This document shows positions 38,426 to 47,352 of a stretch of DNA of 64,000 bases, piece by piece. The number at the start of each line of letters is the position of its first letter. The first letter of the stretch is position 1. A model generated the notes under the pieces. It was given only the letters and a program-made list of their open reading frames with translations. It did no database searches and was not told the origin of the DNA. The translations under genes were made by a program, and so were the position numbers. The stretch covers positions 17,968 to 81,967 of the forward strand of contig JBBRBH010000004.1 of the NCBI GenBank assembly GCA_038205995.1, written 5' to 3'. Source of the DNA: Gemmatimonadales bacterium. GTDB lineage: Bacteria; Gemmatimonadota; Gemmatimonadetes; Gemmatimonadales; Gemmatimonadaceae.

Positions 38426-38605
38426 CGCTGCGCCGGCAACCCGCTAACGAGCGAGCAAATTTGTCTTGGTAGTCATATCTTCTCCTTGACGGTGACTCAC
38501 CCACTCAACCGACAGTAAAGGACGCCGCGCATTGTCGCCGAACTGCATGGCCGCGAGATCAAGCTGGCCCACACCGACGGCGCGTGAAACGACTCATGAT
38601 TCCAC

Positions 38606-39502
38606 TTACGGCTGCGGCGCGGGGCGCGCGTTGCCACCGTCCATGACAAAGCGCGGAGTCCCGTTCGCGTCGACTCGCCACACCGTGAGATACTTGCTTC
38701 GGCTCGCTGGTGCTTCCGGCTGTGATCGTGGACGCACGGTAGCTTCGCCGATCGTGTAGCCGAGGTCGCCGCTCTCCGCGATGCCTGCCGCCCGCGGCGC
38801 CCACTGCCACAACTGAGACGCGGATCCCGTCAAGGATTCGGCGATCTCATCCGGGCCGCTCATCGCGAGCCCCGACGCGGGAAATGAATTTGCGCGGTCC
38901 GCCGCGAACGCACGAAACGCCGTAGCGGGGTCTTTTTCGGCCGCGAGCCGTGCGAACGCAACGTCCGCTTCAACCAGTTTCGCCGCAGGATCCTTCGGCG
39001 TGAGCGTCGGAAGCGCTGGCGTCGTGGCGGGCACGGCCGTGGATTGCGGCGTCACAACGCCGAGCTGCACGAGCGCCACCAACTTCCATGAGTTATCGAC
39101 CCCCGACTTCCAGACCGAGATGAACTTGCCGAGCCGCGGACTCTCCTCGGACGCATGCCGCCGGCTAGTAATGGTGACGCCCCACACCGCGCCAAGTTTA
39201 TTGTCCCTCGACATCTCGACGTGTATCGGCTGCCACCGTACCGTGATCGAATCGAGAGTGGGCTGCGCAGAGAGAAATGCGTCGATGTTTTCCCGGCCCC
39301 GAATGATCGGCGCACCCGAATACAGCATCGCGGCATCGACGGCGAACGCCGCGTGCAGGGCAGTGCGCATCCCGAGCTTGGCCGACGCGTCGGACGCGGC
39401 GCTCTCAGCCGCGACGAGTGACGCGCTGCTTGGCTGCGCCTGTGCCGCAATCGATCGCAGGGAGATTAAAGCACTCGCAATCAAGAGTGTAACTTTGCGC
39501 AT
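38606..39502 (-). CDS. Secreted protein with two tandem NTF2-like (SnoaL/DUF4440-type) domains
   Basis: Signal MRKVTLLIASALISLRSIAAQA. The second half (WQWAPRAAGIAESGDLGYTIGEATV...SKYLTVWRVDANGTPRFVMDGG) matches the DUF4440-like pattern, and the first half has the same layout. Confidence 0.6.
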   Translation of the reverse strand: MRKVTLLIASALISLRSIAAQAQPSSASLVAAESAASDASAKLGMRTALHAAFAVDAAMLYSGAPIIRGRENIDAFLSAQPTLDSITVRWQPIHVEMSRDNKLGAVWGVTITSRRHASEESPRLGKFISVWKSGVDNSWKLVALVQLGVVTPQSTAVPATTPALPTLTPKDPAAKLVEADVAFARLAAEKDPATAFRAFAADRANSFPASGLAMSGPDEIAESLTGSASQLWQWAPRAAGIAESGDLGYTIGEATVRPRSQPEAPASRSKYLTVWRVDANGTPRFVMDGGNARPAPQP

Positions 39503-39589
39503 TGCGCCTCGAGTGGAATAGTCTGGAACAATCAGTGCTCGGCGCGTGTGTTTACAAGAGCAGGATTCTTCAACTTTGCTCCCGCCACG

Positions 39590-40474
39590 ATGAACTCCTC
39601 GACCGTTCGTTACGCAGCGCGCGGCGGTCCGCCGGCTGCATCCACTCGGATCGTTCGCGTGGAATCATCAATTGGCACATTCGACGCCATCCACGCGGTG
39701 CATCAGCGTCATCACTTCGCCGCGCACATGCACGAGTACTATGCGATCGGCGTCAACGAAGACGGTCTGAGCCGCCTCGAATACAGGCGTTCCCGCCGCG
39801 TGGCCGGTCCTGGCGCCATCGTCGCAATCTCGGCTGAGGAACTGCACACGGGCGAGCCGATGACGGAGGACGGCTGGAGTTATCGCATGATTTATCCGAA
39901 TCGCGAATTTATCGCGTGCGTGCTTGGAGCAGATGCGGACAAACTCGGAGCCCCGATACTGTTTCCCGATGGATTCATCGATGACCGAGCGTGGGCCGTG
40001 CGATTCGCCGCGGCGCACGCGCTGCTATTCGAGCCAAGCTGTCCCATGGCGAGTGAGGAAATACTTCTCGAACTCCTGCATGAGCTGGCAATGAAGCACG
40101 CCAAGCACACTGTCGGCGCGGTAGCACGAATCGGGCGACCGAGGCAGATCGCATCGTTCGCGAAGCAGTTTCTTCGAGCGCACTATTCGAGACAGGTGCG
40201 ACTTGCGGAATTGGCCGAAGCGTGCGGCGTGAGCGCATTTCACCTGATTCGGACATTCCGCGACGTCGTCGGCATTCCACCTCACGCCTACCTCAAGCAG
40301 TTGCGTGTCGGCGAGGCTCAGGCGATGCTCCAGCGCGGGGCTCCTGTGACTGAGGCCGTGTTTTCGTGCGGCTTCAGCGATCAAAGTCACCTGACGCGAA
40401 CCTTCAAGAGCGTCATCGGCATTCCGCCGGGAGCATATGCGCGCGCGGTTCGACGTAGTCATTCCGTGGGGTAA
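39590..40474 (+). CDS. AraC-family transcriptional regulator (cupin-type N-domain + HTH_18)
   Basis: The C-terminal dual HTH is LAELAEACGVSAFHLIRTFRDVVGIPPHAYLKQLRVGEAQAMLQRGAPVTEAVFSCGFSDQSHLTRTFKSVIGIPPGAY. The start is uncertain: ATG 39590 or GTG 39548. Confidence 0.85.
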   Translation: MNSSTVRYAARGGPPAASTRIVRVESSIGTFDAIHAVHQRHHFAAHMHEYYAIGVNEDGLSRLEYRRSRRVAGPGAIVAISAEELHTGEPMTEDGWSYRMIYPNREFIACVLGADADKLGAPILFPDGFIDDRAWAVRFAAAHALLFEPSCPMASEEILLELLHELAMKHAKHTVGAVARIGRPRQIASFAKQFLRAHYSRQVRLAELAEACGVSAFHLIRTFRDVVGIPPHAYLKQLRVGEAQAMLQRGAPVTEAVFSCGFSDQSHLTRTFKSVIGIPPGAYARAVRRSHSVG

Positions 40475-40858
40475 CGCGCGGCCTCGTGGGCGTTCCGTCA
40501 GCCCGACCGCCTCGTTTCGATCCATCGGACTGCACCGCTTCATTATCTGCCCGGCAGTCCGGTTCGCTGGATGGTTGCACGTAACGACAGACCATCTTTG
40601 GGTAATCCACGGGACCCCGCCACGATAGTCAATTCCGTGCAAGCATTCGCGATCCCACTGCGCGACACTTCGATGATACCTTGGTTTCCCACGACTCGCG
40701 AAGGCATTGCCTATCGCCAAAACACTTCGTCGAACAGACGTTGATATGGTATCCGGCAACGCGCTCGTTGGGCCGCGCTGCACCGCGCTGTGATCATGGC
40801 GACAAGCGTTCAACAATCTAGAGAGACGCTGGCGCGTCTCGACAAGGAGTCGCCCCAC

Positions 40859-41647
40859 ATGATCTTTCGCCTTCGTTATCGCGCCGCTCGCATCGTCTGC
40901 TCGGCGCTTTTTTTCGCATGCGCCGTGCGCGCACTCGGCGCACAATTGCCGAAGCAACCAAAAAACTTGCAAGTACTTCCGAAGAATTTATCCACTGACT
41001 CCGTCGAGAAAGTGATGCTCGGAGTCGCGAACGCACTCGGCTATACCTGCGGCAGCTGTCATCCCGGCGGCGACAACGCTACGTGGGACAGCACAAATTT
41101 CTCGACCGACGTGAAGCCGATGAAGGTGACCGCGCGAGAAATGTTCCGGCTCGTGAATCGCCTGAACAACGAGCTGCTGCCGCCCATCGTGAATCGCGGT
41201 ACCGCCGCCGTGCGCATTACCTGCGCCACGTGCCATCGCGGCGCACCGCGACCGGTTACGATTCAAGACACGCTGAACAACGTGATCGAGCGTCAGGGCG
41301 TCGACTCCGCGATCGCGCAGTATCAGCGGATACGCGAAGGCTACGCCGGTCGCATGACGTACGATCTCACGGAATTTCCGCTCGGTGAAATTGCGTCTCG
41401 ACTGCGAAAGGCAAATCGGCTTCCCGACGCGATCAAGCTGCTGGAGCTCAACGCCAAGCTCTTTCCTTCGTCCGCTGACGTCGCGTATGATCTCGGGAGA
41501 ACGTACGAGGCGGCGGGACAGAAACAGAAAGCCATCTCACAGTTTTATCGCGCACTCGGACTCGACCCGGACCAGGAGGCGGCACAAAGGCATCTGCGCG
41601 CGCTCACCGATCAGCCGAAGCCGCCGGCCTCTTCATTACCTCATTGA
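40859..41647 (+). CDS. Dihaem c-type cytochrome (PRC cytochrome c subunit-like) fused to C-terminal TPR repeats
   Basis: Trimmed to ATG 40859 (signal MIFRLRYRAARIVCSALFFACAVRALGAQ). KNLQVLPKNLSTDSVEKVMLGVANALGYTCGSCH ... RITCATCHRG gives two CxxCH motifs. The TPR-like tail is AIKLLELNAKLFPSSADVAYDLGRTYEAAGQKQKAISQFYRALGLDPD. Confidence 0.75.
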   Translation: MIFRLRYRAARIVCSALFFACAVRALGAQLPKQPKNLQVLPKNLSTDSVEKVMLGVANALGYTCGSCHPGGDNATWDSTNFSTDVKPMKVTAREMFRLVNRLNNELLPPIVNRGTAAVRITCATCHRGAPRPVTIQDTLNNVIERQGVDSAIAQYQRIREGYAGRMTYDLTEFPLGEIASRLRKANRLPDAIKLLELNAKLFPSSADVAYDLGRTYEAAGQKQKAISQFYRALGLDPDQEAAQRHLRALTDQPKPPASSLPH

Positions 41648-41733
41648 CGGCCGCCGAACGCCGGCGACATGCTCCCTGAACGAAGCGCAAGTTTCTTCTA
41701 GTCGTTCGGCGCCCCGCCAGGCACCATTCGCTG

Positions 41734-42147
41734 GTGCCCAATATCCGAATCACGCTCTTCCGGCTCGGCGCATGTCAAGTCGTGCACCGGGCGTCGGGAA
41801 CGATTCTGCATACAGATACTCCGCCCGAGTTCGGCGGCGGCGGAAGCTCGTTCTCATCGACGGACTTACTCGCGGCTGCCCTCGGTACATGCATCGCGAC
41901 GAACATCGCTGAATCGGCGGTGCGCCACTATATCCCGCTCGAAGCGTTCGACATCGATGTCGAGAAAGAACTCGGCACGCATCCTAAGCGTGTGACAAGT
42001 CTGACGGTAACGATCAGCGTGTTCATGCTGATCCCGCCGGATTTGCTTGGACGGCTGCAGCGAGCCGCCGAAAGCTGCGTAGTCAGGCGCGCGCTCGATC
42101 CCGCACTCGATGTGTCGATCGTGTTCCGTGTGTCTCCGGCCAACTGA
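41734..42147 (+). CDS. OsmC/Ohr-family protein
   Basis: 137 aa. PEFGGGGSSFSSTDLLAAALGTCIATN and RAAESCVVRRAL carry the two conserved Cys-containing motifs of the OsmC family. Confidence 0.8.
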   Translation: MPNIRITLFRLGACQVVHRASGTILHTDTPPEFGGGGSSFSSTDLLAAALGTCIATNIAESAVRHYIPLEAFDIDVEKELGTHPKRVTSLTVTISVFMLIPPDLLGRLQRAAESCVVRRALDPALDVSIVFRVSPAN

Positions 42148-42361
42148 CAGATTTGTCTCTCGTTTGAACAAAATTGCCGTCCAATGAAGTTGCGTCAACA
42201 ACATGTGACACGACGCAACTCGCACTGGTAACGCACGAGATGGAGGGAGTCACGACGATTTCTCTCCGCTTGACGCGCCAACGGGAATTCATGCTCGAAA
42301 TCGAGACTTCCGCTCTTCCCTTCAGTTGGGGACGCAACGCGACCCTAAGAGGATGCAACAC

Positions 42362-44017
42362 ATGCTGAACAGGACTTGGACCAGTGCGCTATCGATCGCG
42401 GCGTGCGCCGTGTTCGTCTCGGCGTGCTCCGAAGGGAACGTTCTCACCGTGAAGAACGTCAATAATCCAGACGTAGGACGAGCATACGCGACGCCCGGTG
42501 GTGTTGAGAGCCTCATCGGAGGACTGTACCAGCAGCTGCACAACACGATGATGTCGAACAACATCGAACCTCAAGCGGTCGTGATGGCGCTCGAGGGATA
42601 TTCCACCGTTGCGAACTATGGCATGAACGTTCGCGTCGCGATCCCGCGAAATGCGATCGTCAACGATCGCGGAAACAACGTCGATCCAGGCAACCTCGCC
42701 GATTTCTCGGGCTTTCAGAAGTTGGCTCGCAACTCTGCCAACTTAGTACAGGCAATCGACAACATTACGCTGAGCGGAAGCACCACCGGCTCGCCGGCCA
42801 CCGACCTTCGCGATCGCGGCTTCGCGCTGTTCGTCAATGCGCTCGCTCTTGGCGAGGTGGCCATTGTGTACGACTCTGCGGCCATCGTGACGCCGCAGGT
42901 GGCGAGCAGCGCAATCCCTGCGCTGTCGAGCTACACCAGCGTCATGCCGGCCGCCTTGGCTGAACTTGATTCAGCGCTGGCTTCAGCGGGCAACCCGGCG
43001 GCAGCGACGGCATTTCCACTTCCACCGACTTGGCTCGCCGGCAATTCTCTGACGCAAGCGCAGTTTGTGCAACTCGTGCATTCGTGGAAGGCTCGTTTGC
43101 GAGCAGGTGTAGCGCGTACGCCCGCTGAGCGCGCAGCGGTAGACTGGGTTTCTGTGATCGCAGACGCGAACGCCGGCATTTCTTCCGACTTTGTTATGAC
43201 CGTCGGCGGCGGCTGGAACTGCGGATACGACTGCTTCGTGATGTATGGCAGCAATGGCTGGCATGAGATGACGGACCTGTTTCTCGGCATGGCGGACACG
43301 TCGGGCGCGTACGCCGCGTTCATGTCACTGCCGATGTCCACGCGCGACGGATCGCAGTTGGTAATTCGTTCGCCGGACCAGCGTCTGCCGCAGGGCGCCA
43401 GCCGTGCAGCACAACAAGCGGACACCCCGTACTCCGGCAATGCGTTCGTGCCCGGTCGATATTTCACCAACCGCCAGGCAGCGGACGACTTCGCTGGCGA
43501 CGGCTGGGGCTCCTCCCAGTACGATCACAAGCGTTGGCTCTCCGTGTACAAGTCCGGAGGCACCGGCTCGATAACGCAATTCGCGAAAGCCGAGAACGAC
43601 ATGCTCCAGGCCGAGGGATACATCTACACGGGCAATTTCGCAGCGGCGCAGTCGCTCATCGATCTTTCACGCGGTAAGCATGGTCTCCCTTCGATCGGTG
43701 CGATCGCGACTGCGTCACAGAAAATTCAGGGCGGGGTGAACGCATGCGTTCCGCAGGTGCCGCAGCCTCCGGCGTTCAATACGGTTGCCTGTGGAACAGT
43801 CATCGAGGCGATGAAATGGGAAAAGCGAATGGAGACAGCTTTCGCTGGATACATGACTTGGTTTCAGGACTCTCGCGGTTGGGGCGACCTCATGCAGGGC
43901 ACAGCCGTACACTGGCCAGTTCCGAATGAGGAAATGGATTCGCGTCAGCAGCCGTTCTACAACATGGGCGGTGTGGGGAATCCAGGTTCTGCCGCCAGGG
44001 GAACCTACGGTTTCTAG
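42362..44017 (+). CDS. SusD/RagB-like outer-membrane lipoprotein (no SusC/TonB-dependent partner in the window)
   Basis: Trimmed to ATG 42362 (lipobox FVSAC). VNNPDVGRAYATPGGVESLIGGLYQQL (N-terminal SusD-like helix), RGFALFVNALALGEVAIVYD, AENDMLQAEGYIYTGNFAAAQSLIDLSRGKHGLP and the C-terminal HWPVPNEEMDSRQ resemble SusD-family landmarks. Recollection only; no profile search was run. Confidence 0.6.
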   Translation: MLNRTWTSALSIAACAVFVSACSEGNVLTVKNVNNPDVGRAYATPGGVESLIGGLYQQLHNTMMSNNIEPQAVVMALEGYSTVANYGMNVRVAIPRNAIVNDRGNNVDPGNLADFSGFQKLARNSANLVQAIDNITLSGSTTGSPATDLRDRGFALFVNALALGEVAIVYDSAAIVTPQVASSAIPALSSYTSVMPAALAELDSALASAGNPAAATAFPLPPTWLAGNSLTQAQFVQLVHSWKARLRAGVARTPAERAAVDWVSVIADANAGISSDFVMTVGGGWNCGYDCFVMYGSNGWHEMTDLFLGMADTSGAYAAFMSLPMSTRDGSQLVIRSPDQRLPQGASRAAQQADTPYSGNAFVPGRYFTNRQAADDFAGDGWGSSQYDHKRWLSVYKSGGTGSITQFAKAENDMLQAEGYIYTGNFAAAQSLIDLSRGKHGLPSIGAIATASQKIQGGVNACVPQVPQPPAFNTVACGTVIEAMKWEKRMETAFAGYMTWFQDSRGWGDLMQGTAVHWPVPNEEMDSRQQPFYNMGGVGNPGSAARGTYGF

Positions 44018-44046
44018 GTGACAGGCTGGACTGCTTAGTCTCGCTC

Positions 44047-44817
44047 GTGTCGGGGCTGTCGTTGCCGCGGGTGGATCCGGGGGGATTAAACCTGCGGCAA
44101 CGTCAGCGCTGGGCGTCGATAGTCGTAATCGGACAGTCGGATGTTGGCGGCGAAGACATTGCCTCCGTCCTAAAACAGATCGGTCATCGAATCGCGATGC
44201 ACGTCTCGCATCCGATTGGGGCGTCGCTTCTCTTCCTTCGAGCCGACCTTGCCATAGTCTGCGGCGACGGGCACCATGGTTCGATCGCGAAGATGCTTCA
44301 GCAGATTCGGAGCCACGATCCGAATATCTTCATACTCGTCATCAGCACAACGGCGAAGGACGCGGAATTCGTACGAAAGTTCTTGACGGGCGCAGATGAC
44401 GTTGTGAGCCAGCCGCTCAGCGCGATTGAGCTCGGCCAACACATCGAGTCACTCCTGCTGCGCGGAGGAGCGCGGCCAGCCCAATCAGCGAGGGATCAGC
44501 CGCTCGTGCTCGGAGATTTTTCTCTCGATCCCTCAACGCGAACGCTGTTTCATGCGCGGCGAGTGCACACGCTCGGCCCAATTCAGGCGCTGATTTTACA
44601 GGCGCTCATGCAATTCGCCAATCAGACGATATCGCGTGAAGATCTGGAGAATCGCGCGGGACTCCCGAGTCAATCGAAGGCGGGTGTCGGCCGACGGATC
44701 GACAACTATATCCTCCAGCTGCGTCGACTGATCGAACAGCGGCCCAGCCAGCCTCGTCATCTCCTCACCGTGCGATCAAAGGGATATCGATTCGTCATTG
44801 ACGGCGAATGCTCCTGA
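44047..44817 (+). CDS. OmpR/PhoB-type winged-helix regulator with a degenerate (pseudo-)receiver domain
   Basis: The C-terminal trans_reg_C-like domain is LGDFSLDPSTRTLFHARRVHTLGPIQALILQALMQFANQTISREDLE...IDNYILQLRRLIEQRPSQPRHLLTVRSKGYRFV. The N-terminal receiver-like fold has ADLAIVCGDG where the phospho-Asp strand should be, and GADDVVSQPL where K-P is expected. Confidence 0.75.
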   Translation: MSGLSLPRVDPGGLNLRQRQRWASIVVIGQSDVGGEDIASVLKQIGHRIAMHVSHPIGASLLFLRADLAIVCGDGHHGSIAKMLQQIRSHDPNIFILVISTTAKDAEFVRKFLTGADDVVSQPLSAIELGQHIESLLLRGGARPAQSARDQPLVLGDFSLDPSTRTLFHARRVHTLGPIQALILQALMQFANQTISREDLENRAGLPSQSKAGVGRRIDNYILQLRRLIEQRPSQPRHLLTVRSKGYRFVIDGECS

Positions 44818-44827
44818 GATACATGAG

Positions 44828-45295
44828 TCAGGGACATGCCAGGAAATTGGGCGACGGCCAACCCTCAATGAGATTGTGATTTTCCGACGCCGGGGCCGGC
44901 GCTCCCGGTTCCTCTGGTATCACCGAGAGGACAAGCCGCACCCGCCGAGGATCGCCGGCACTGACATAGCCGTCGAGTCGAACGGGAGTGACGCCGGCAC
45001 CCGGAATCGGCGGTGCTCCGCCGGATGAGCGGCGCGTCGCACTAATCGTAAAATTTCCGTGCCCATCTGTGATGATCGGTGACTGCGTGTTTACAACGAT
45101 GCACTGCATCTCGAGCGTGGCCTGTGTGGAATCCGCGCGGAGCTCCGCGTCCGCTCCGTCGAACACGCCGACGAGCCGCGCGTTCGTCAATGGCGCCTCG
45201 GTCGTTGCGTCGGTATAGCACGAACTAAAAACACTGCAGGCGAGCAGTAATGCCAAGGCATACGGTCGCCTGTGCGTCGTTCTCGCGTCCGTCAC
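44828..45295 (-). CDS. Hypothetical lipoprotein
   Basis: 155 aa. Lipobox LLLAC after a basic N-terminus. No recognisable family. Last gene of a co-directional trio. Confidence 0.5.
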   Translation of the reverse strand: MTDARTTHRRPYALALLLACSVFSSCYTDATTEAPLTNARLVGVFDGADAELRADSTQATLEMQCIVVNTQSPIITDGHGNFTISATRRSSGGAPPIPGAGVTPVRLDGYVSAGDPRRVRLVLSVIPEEPGAPAPASENHNLIEGWPSPNFLACP

Positions 45296-45326
45296 GTTTC
45301 GTCCCCTGCGGAGTTAAGGCGCTCAC

Positions 45327-46085
45327 TCAGCCATACTTCCGTGCGCCCGTGTCGGTCACTGTCGAGAGACTTCCGGCAACGATCCATGCCCCGCCCGTCA
45401 TCGCGAGAGCCACTAGCAGATTCGTCCACTCCTTTCCGATGTGCGGGGTCGCGATCACACGCGGCACATGCTGAAGGGCCACGATGAACAGAAACATCAG
45501 GCCAAGCAGCGCTGTGGCGAGCGCGTCGAACTTTCGCGCCACAATCGCCAGCGCGGTCGCAACGAACGCTCCGCCAACGAACCACGCAAAAAAAATCCGC
45601 CCCGGCATCCACGGCGCCATCGACTTGGCCACGATCGCGGCATAAATGAAATGCTGTGCGCCGTACACGGCGAGCGAAACCGCAACGCAATAGCGCCCAA
45701 CGACCTGAAATGTGTTCGCGAGCACCAGCGCCGCGCCGCACATCGCCAGAAGTTCGAACGTCAGTGTCCACGGACCGGGCGCGCGAATATTTGTGAAGAA
45801 GCCCGGCGCGTACACGAGCATGGCGCGCAGAAACAGAGTTAGCGCGAGCAGCCGCGTCAGTTCTCGCTCGTACTTCCTCATCGCCACGCTCAGCGCGAAT
45901 CCAAGCAGAATCGCCGCAGTCAGGCTGGCCCAGACCGGACCAGACGGAGTCCATGGGTCCGTCGGCGCCGCGCCGCCTGCGAATCTGAAGGTTAAATATT
46001 GAACGCCGAGCCCGGTCATCGCGATCGCGAAGATGGCGCGCCCGATTTTTCCCAGCGTGCTTCTCGAGTTCACGTGAGCAGCCAT
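45327..46085 (-). CDS. Hypothetical polytopic inner-membrane protein (about 8 TM)
   Basis: 252 aa with alternating hydrophobic segments (IFAIAMTGLGVQYL, VWASLTAAILLGFALSV, LLALTLFLRAMLVYAPGFF, etc.). It overlaps the upstream esterase gene by 16 nt. Family not assigned. Confidence 0.6.
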   Translation of the reverse strand: MAAHVNSRSTLGKIGRAIFAIAMTGLGVQYLTFRFAGGAAPTDPWTPSGPVWASLTAAILLGFALSVAMRKYERELTRLLALTLFLRAMLVYAPGFFTNIRAPGPWTLTFELLAMCGAALVLANTFQVVGRYCVAVSLAVYGAQHFIYAAIVAKSMAPWMPGRIFFAWFVGGAFVATALAIVARKFDALATALLGLMFLFIVALQHVPRVIATPHIGKEWTNLLVALAMTGGAWIVAGSLSTVTDTGARKYG

Positions 46086-46852
46086 GCGGCCGCTTGCTGC
46101 ACGATTGCCGGCGGAAGCTCGTGTCCGCCGTCGAATACAACGGAGTCCACTGCGAATCCGCTCGCCCTCAGCTCGTCGCTGAGGGCGCTGCCTAAGAAAT
46201 TGAACGGCGTGGTCGAATCGTTTGCGCCCCTCGACAAAAAGAAGCTCGGCTTTCCCTCCGGATGATACGGCGGCATCGTGTTCGGAGAAAAAGCCATCAC
46301 CCGCGAGAAGAGCGTGCCGTTTGTGCGGCCGACCGCGAGCGCATACGACCCTCCGTCCGAAAACCCTCCGACGCTTACGCGCGCCGGGTCCACGTTACAC
46401 TCCTTGAACGTGGCCGAGAGCGCATTGCTTATGAACACGACATCCGGTCCGTACTGCTCGGCGCCGAGGAAATAATCCCACGTCGCACCGGATGACTCGA
46501 TGCCGAGTATGATCAGTCCCGCGGTGTCCGCGTAGGGCTGGAAGACGTTGAGCCCGCTCGCCGCGGAACTGTTCTCGGCGGCGAGCATCAGCAGCAGCGG
46601 GGCGGGCGTCAGCGCGCTGTAGTTCGGCGGCACGTAGAGCAGAGCATCTTGAGCGCCGCCCACGTACGGCACGCTCAGCCCCGTCTGGACGGTGACTCCC
46701 TTGGCGGGCACTCCTGGTTTTGCCAGCAGGCGCGGGGTCAAAAGCGGCTGCAGCTCGGTTGGCGAACTGTTGAATTGCCCGCACGCCGCGAGAAATGCGC
46801 CCTCGATTGCGACAATGCTCATGCCGACCATCTCGCGCCGTGTGACCGTCAC
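46070..46852 (-). CDS. Secreted alpha/beta-hydrolase esterase (phospholipase/carboxylesterase or PHB-depolymerase-like)
   Basis: Leader MTVTRREMVGMSIVAIEGAFLAAC is RR-containing with a lipobox. Nucleophile elbow GGFSDGGSYA (G-x-S-x-G), acidic SRGANDSTTP, and His in FDGGHELP. Confidence 0.75.
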   Translation of the reverse strand: MTVTRREMVGMSIVAIEGAFLAACGQFNSSPTELQPLLTPRLLAKPGVPAKGVTVQTGLSVPYVGGAQDALLYVPPNYSALTPAPLLLMLAAENSSAASGLNVFQPYADTAGLIILGIESSGATWDYFLGAEQYGPDVVFISNALSATFKECNVDPARVSVGGFSDGGSYALAVGRTNGTLFSRVMAFSPNTMPPYHPEGKPSFFLSRGANDSTTPFNFLGSALSDELRASGFAVDSVVFDGGHELPPAIVQQAAAWLLT

Positions 46853-46919
46853 ATAGCCCCCGGGGTTTTTCTCTGTATATATAGTAGCGTCCTTCGCCCC
46901 AAGATCCCCGGAGCCGAAT

Positions 46920-47276
46920 ATGATCGAGAACGCATCCCTCAGCGACTACCTCACGGAGTTCAGACGTGGCACGCCCCGTGAACGACTCCTCCTCGCTATC
47001 GGCCTCGGCGCGGCGATAGCAGCGACGGGCGCGTTCCTCGGAGCAGAATATGCGAGTTTGGCGGGCTTGGGATGCGCGGTGGCGGGCGTGAGCGCGTGGG
47101 CGCTGATGAACCAGATGGCTGATCTGATAGACAGCAAATTCGAACCCGAAATTCCTGCGAAAGTCCGCAGGCTTCGGCTCGCTGGCATCGCGGGGCTGGC
47201 CGTCGCCGGGCTTGGAGTGCTGCTCGTGCTGACGTCTTTCTTCTTTCGCGTTGTCCAGACGACCACCGGCCTGTGA
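46920..47276 (+). CDS. Hypothetical small membrane protein (about 3 TM)
   Basis: 118 aa with hydrophobic segments LLLAIGLGAAIAATGAFLG, LAGLGCAVAGVSAWALM and LAGIAGLAVAGLGVLLVLTSFFF. No family assigned. Confidence 0.45.
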   Translation: MIENASLSDYLTEFRRGTPRERLLLAIGLGAAIAATGAFLGAEYASLAGLGCAVAGVSAWALMNQMADLIDSKFEPEIPAKVRRLRLAGIAGLAVAGLGVLLVLTSFFFRVVQTTTGL

Positions 47277-47352
47277 CGGGTTCGTGAAAGCGAGCGCGCT
47301 GATGCAAGTTTAGAACTGCTGAAACCCACCAAAACCGATCAAGAGGGATTAA

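Noticed and set aside
40025-40972. 315-aa minus-strand ORF spanning the AraC 3' half and the downstream gap
   Set aside because: It is antisense to a well-supported AraC HTH domain, has no recognisable motifs, and is Arg/His-rich.
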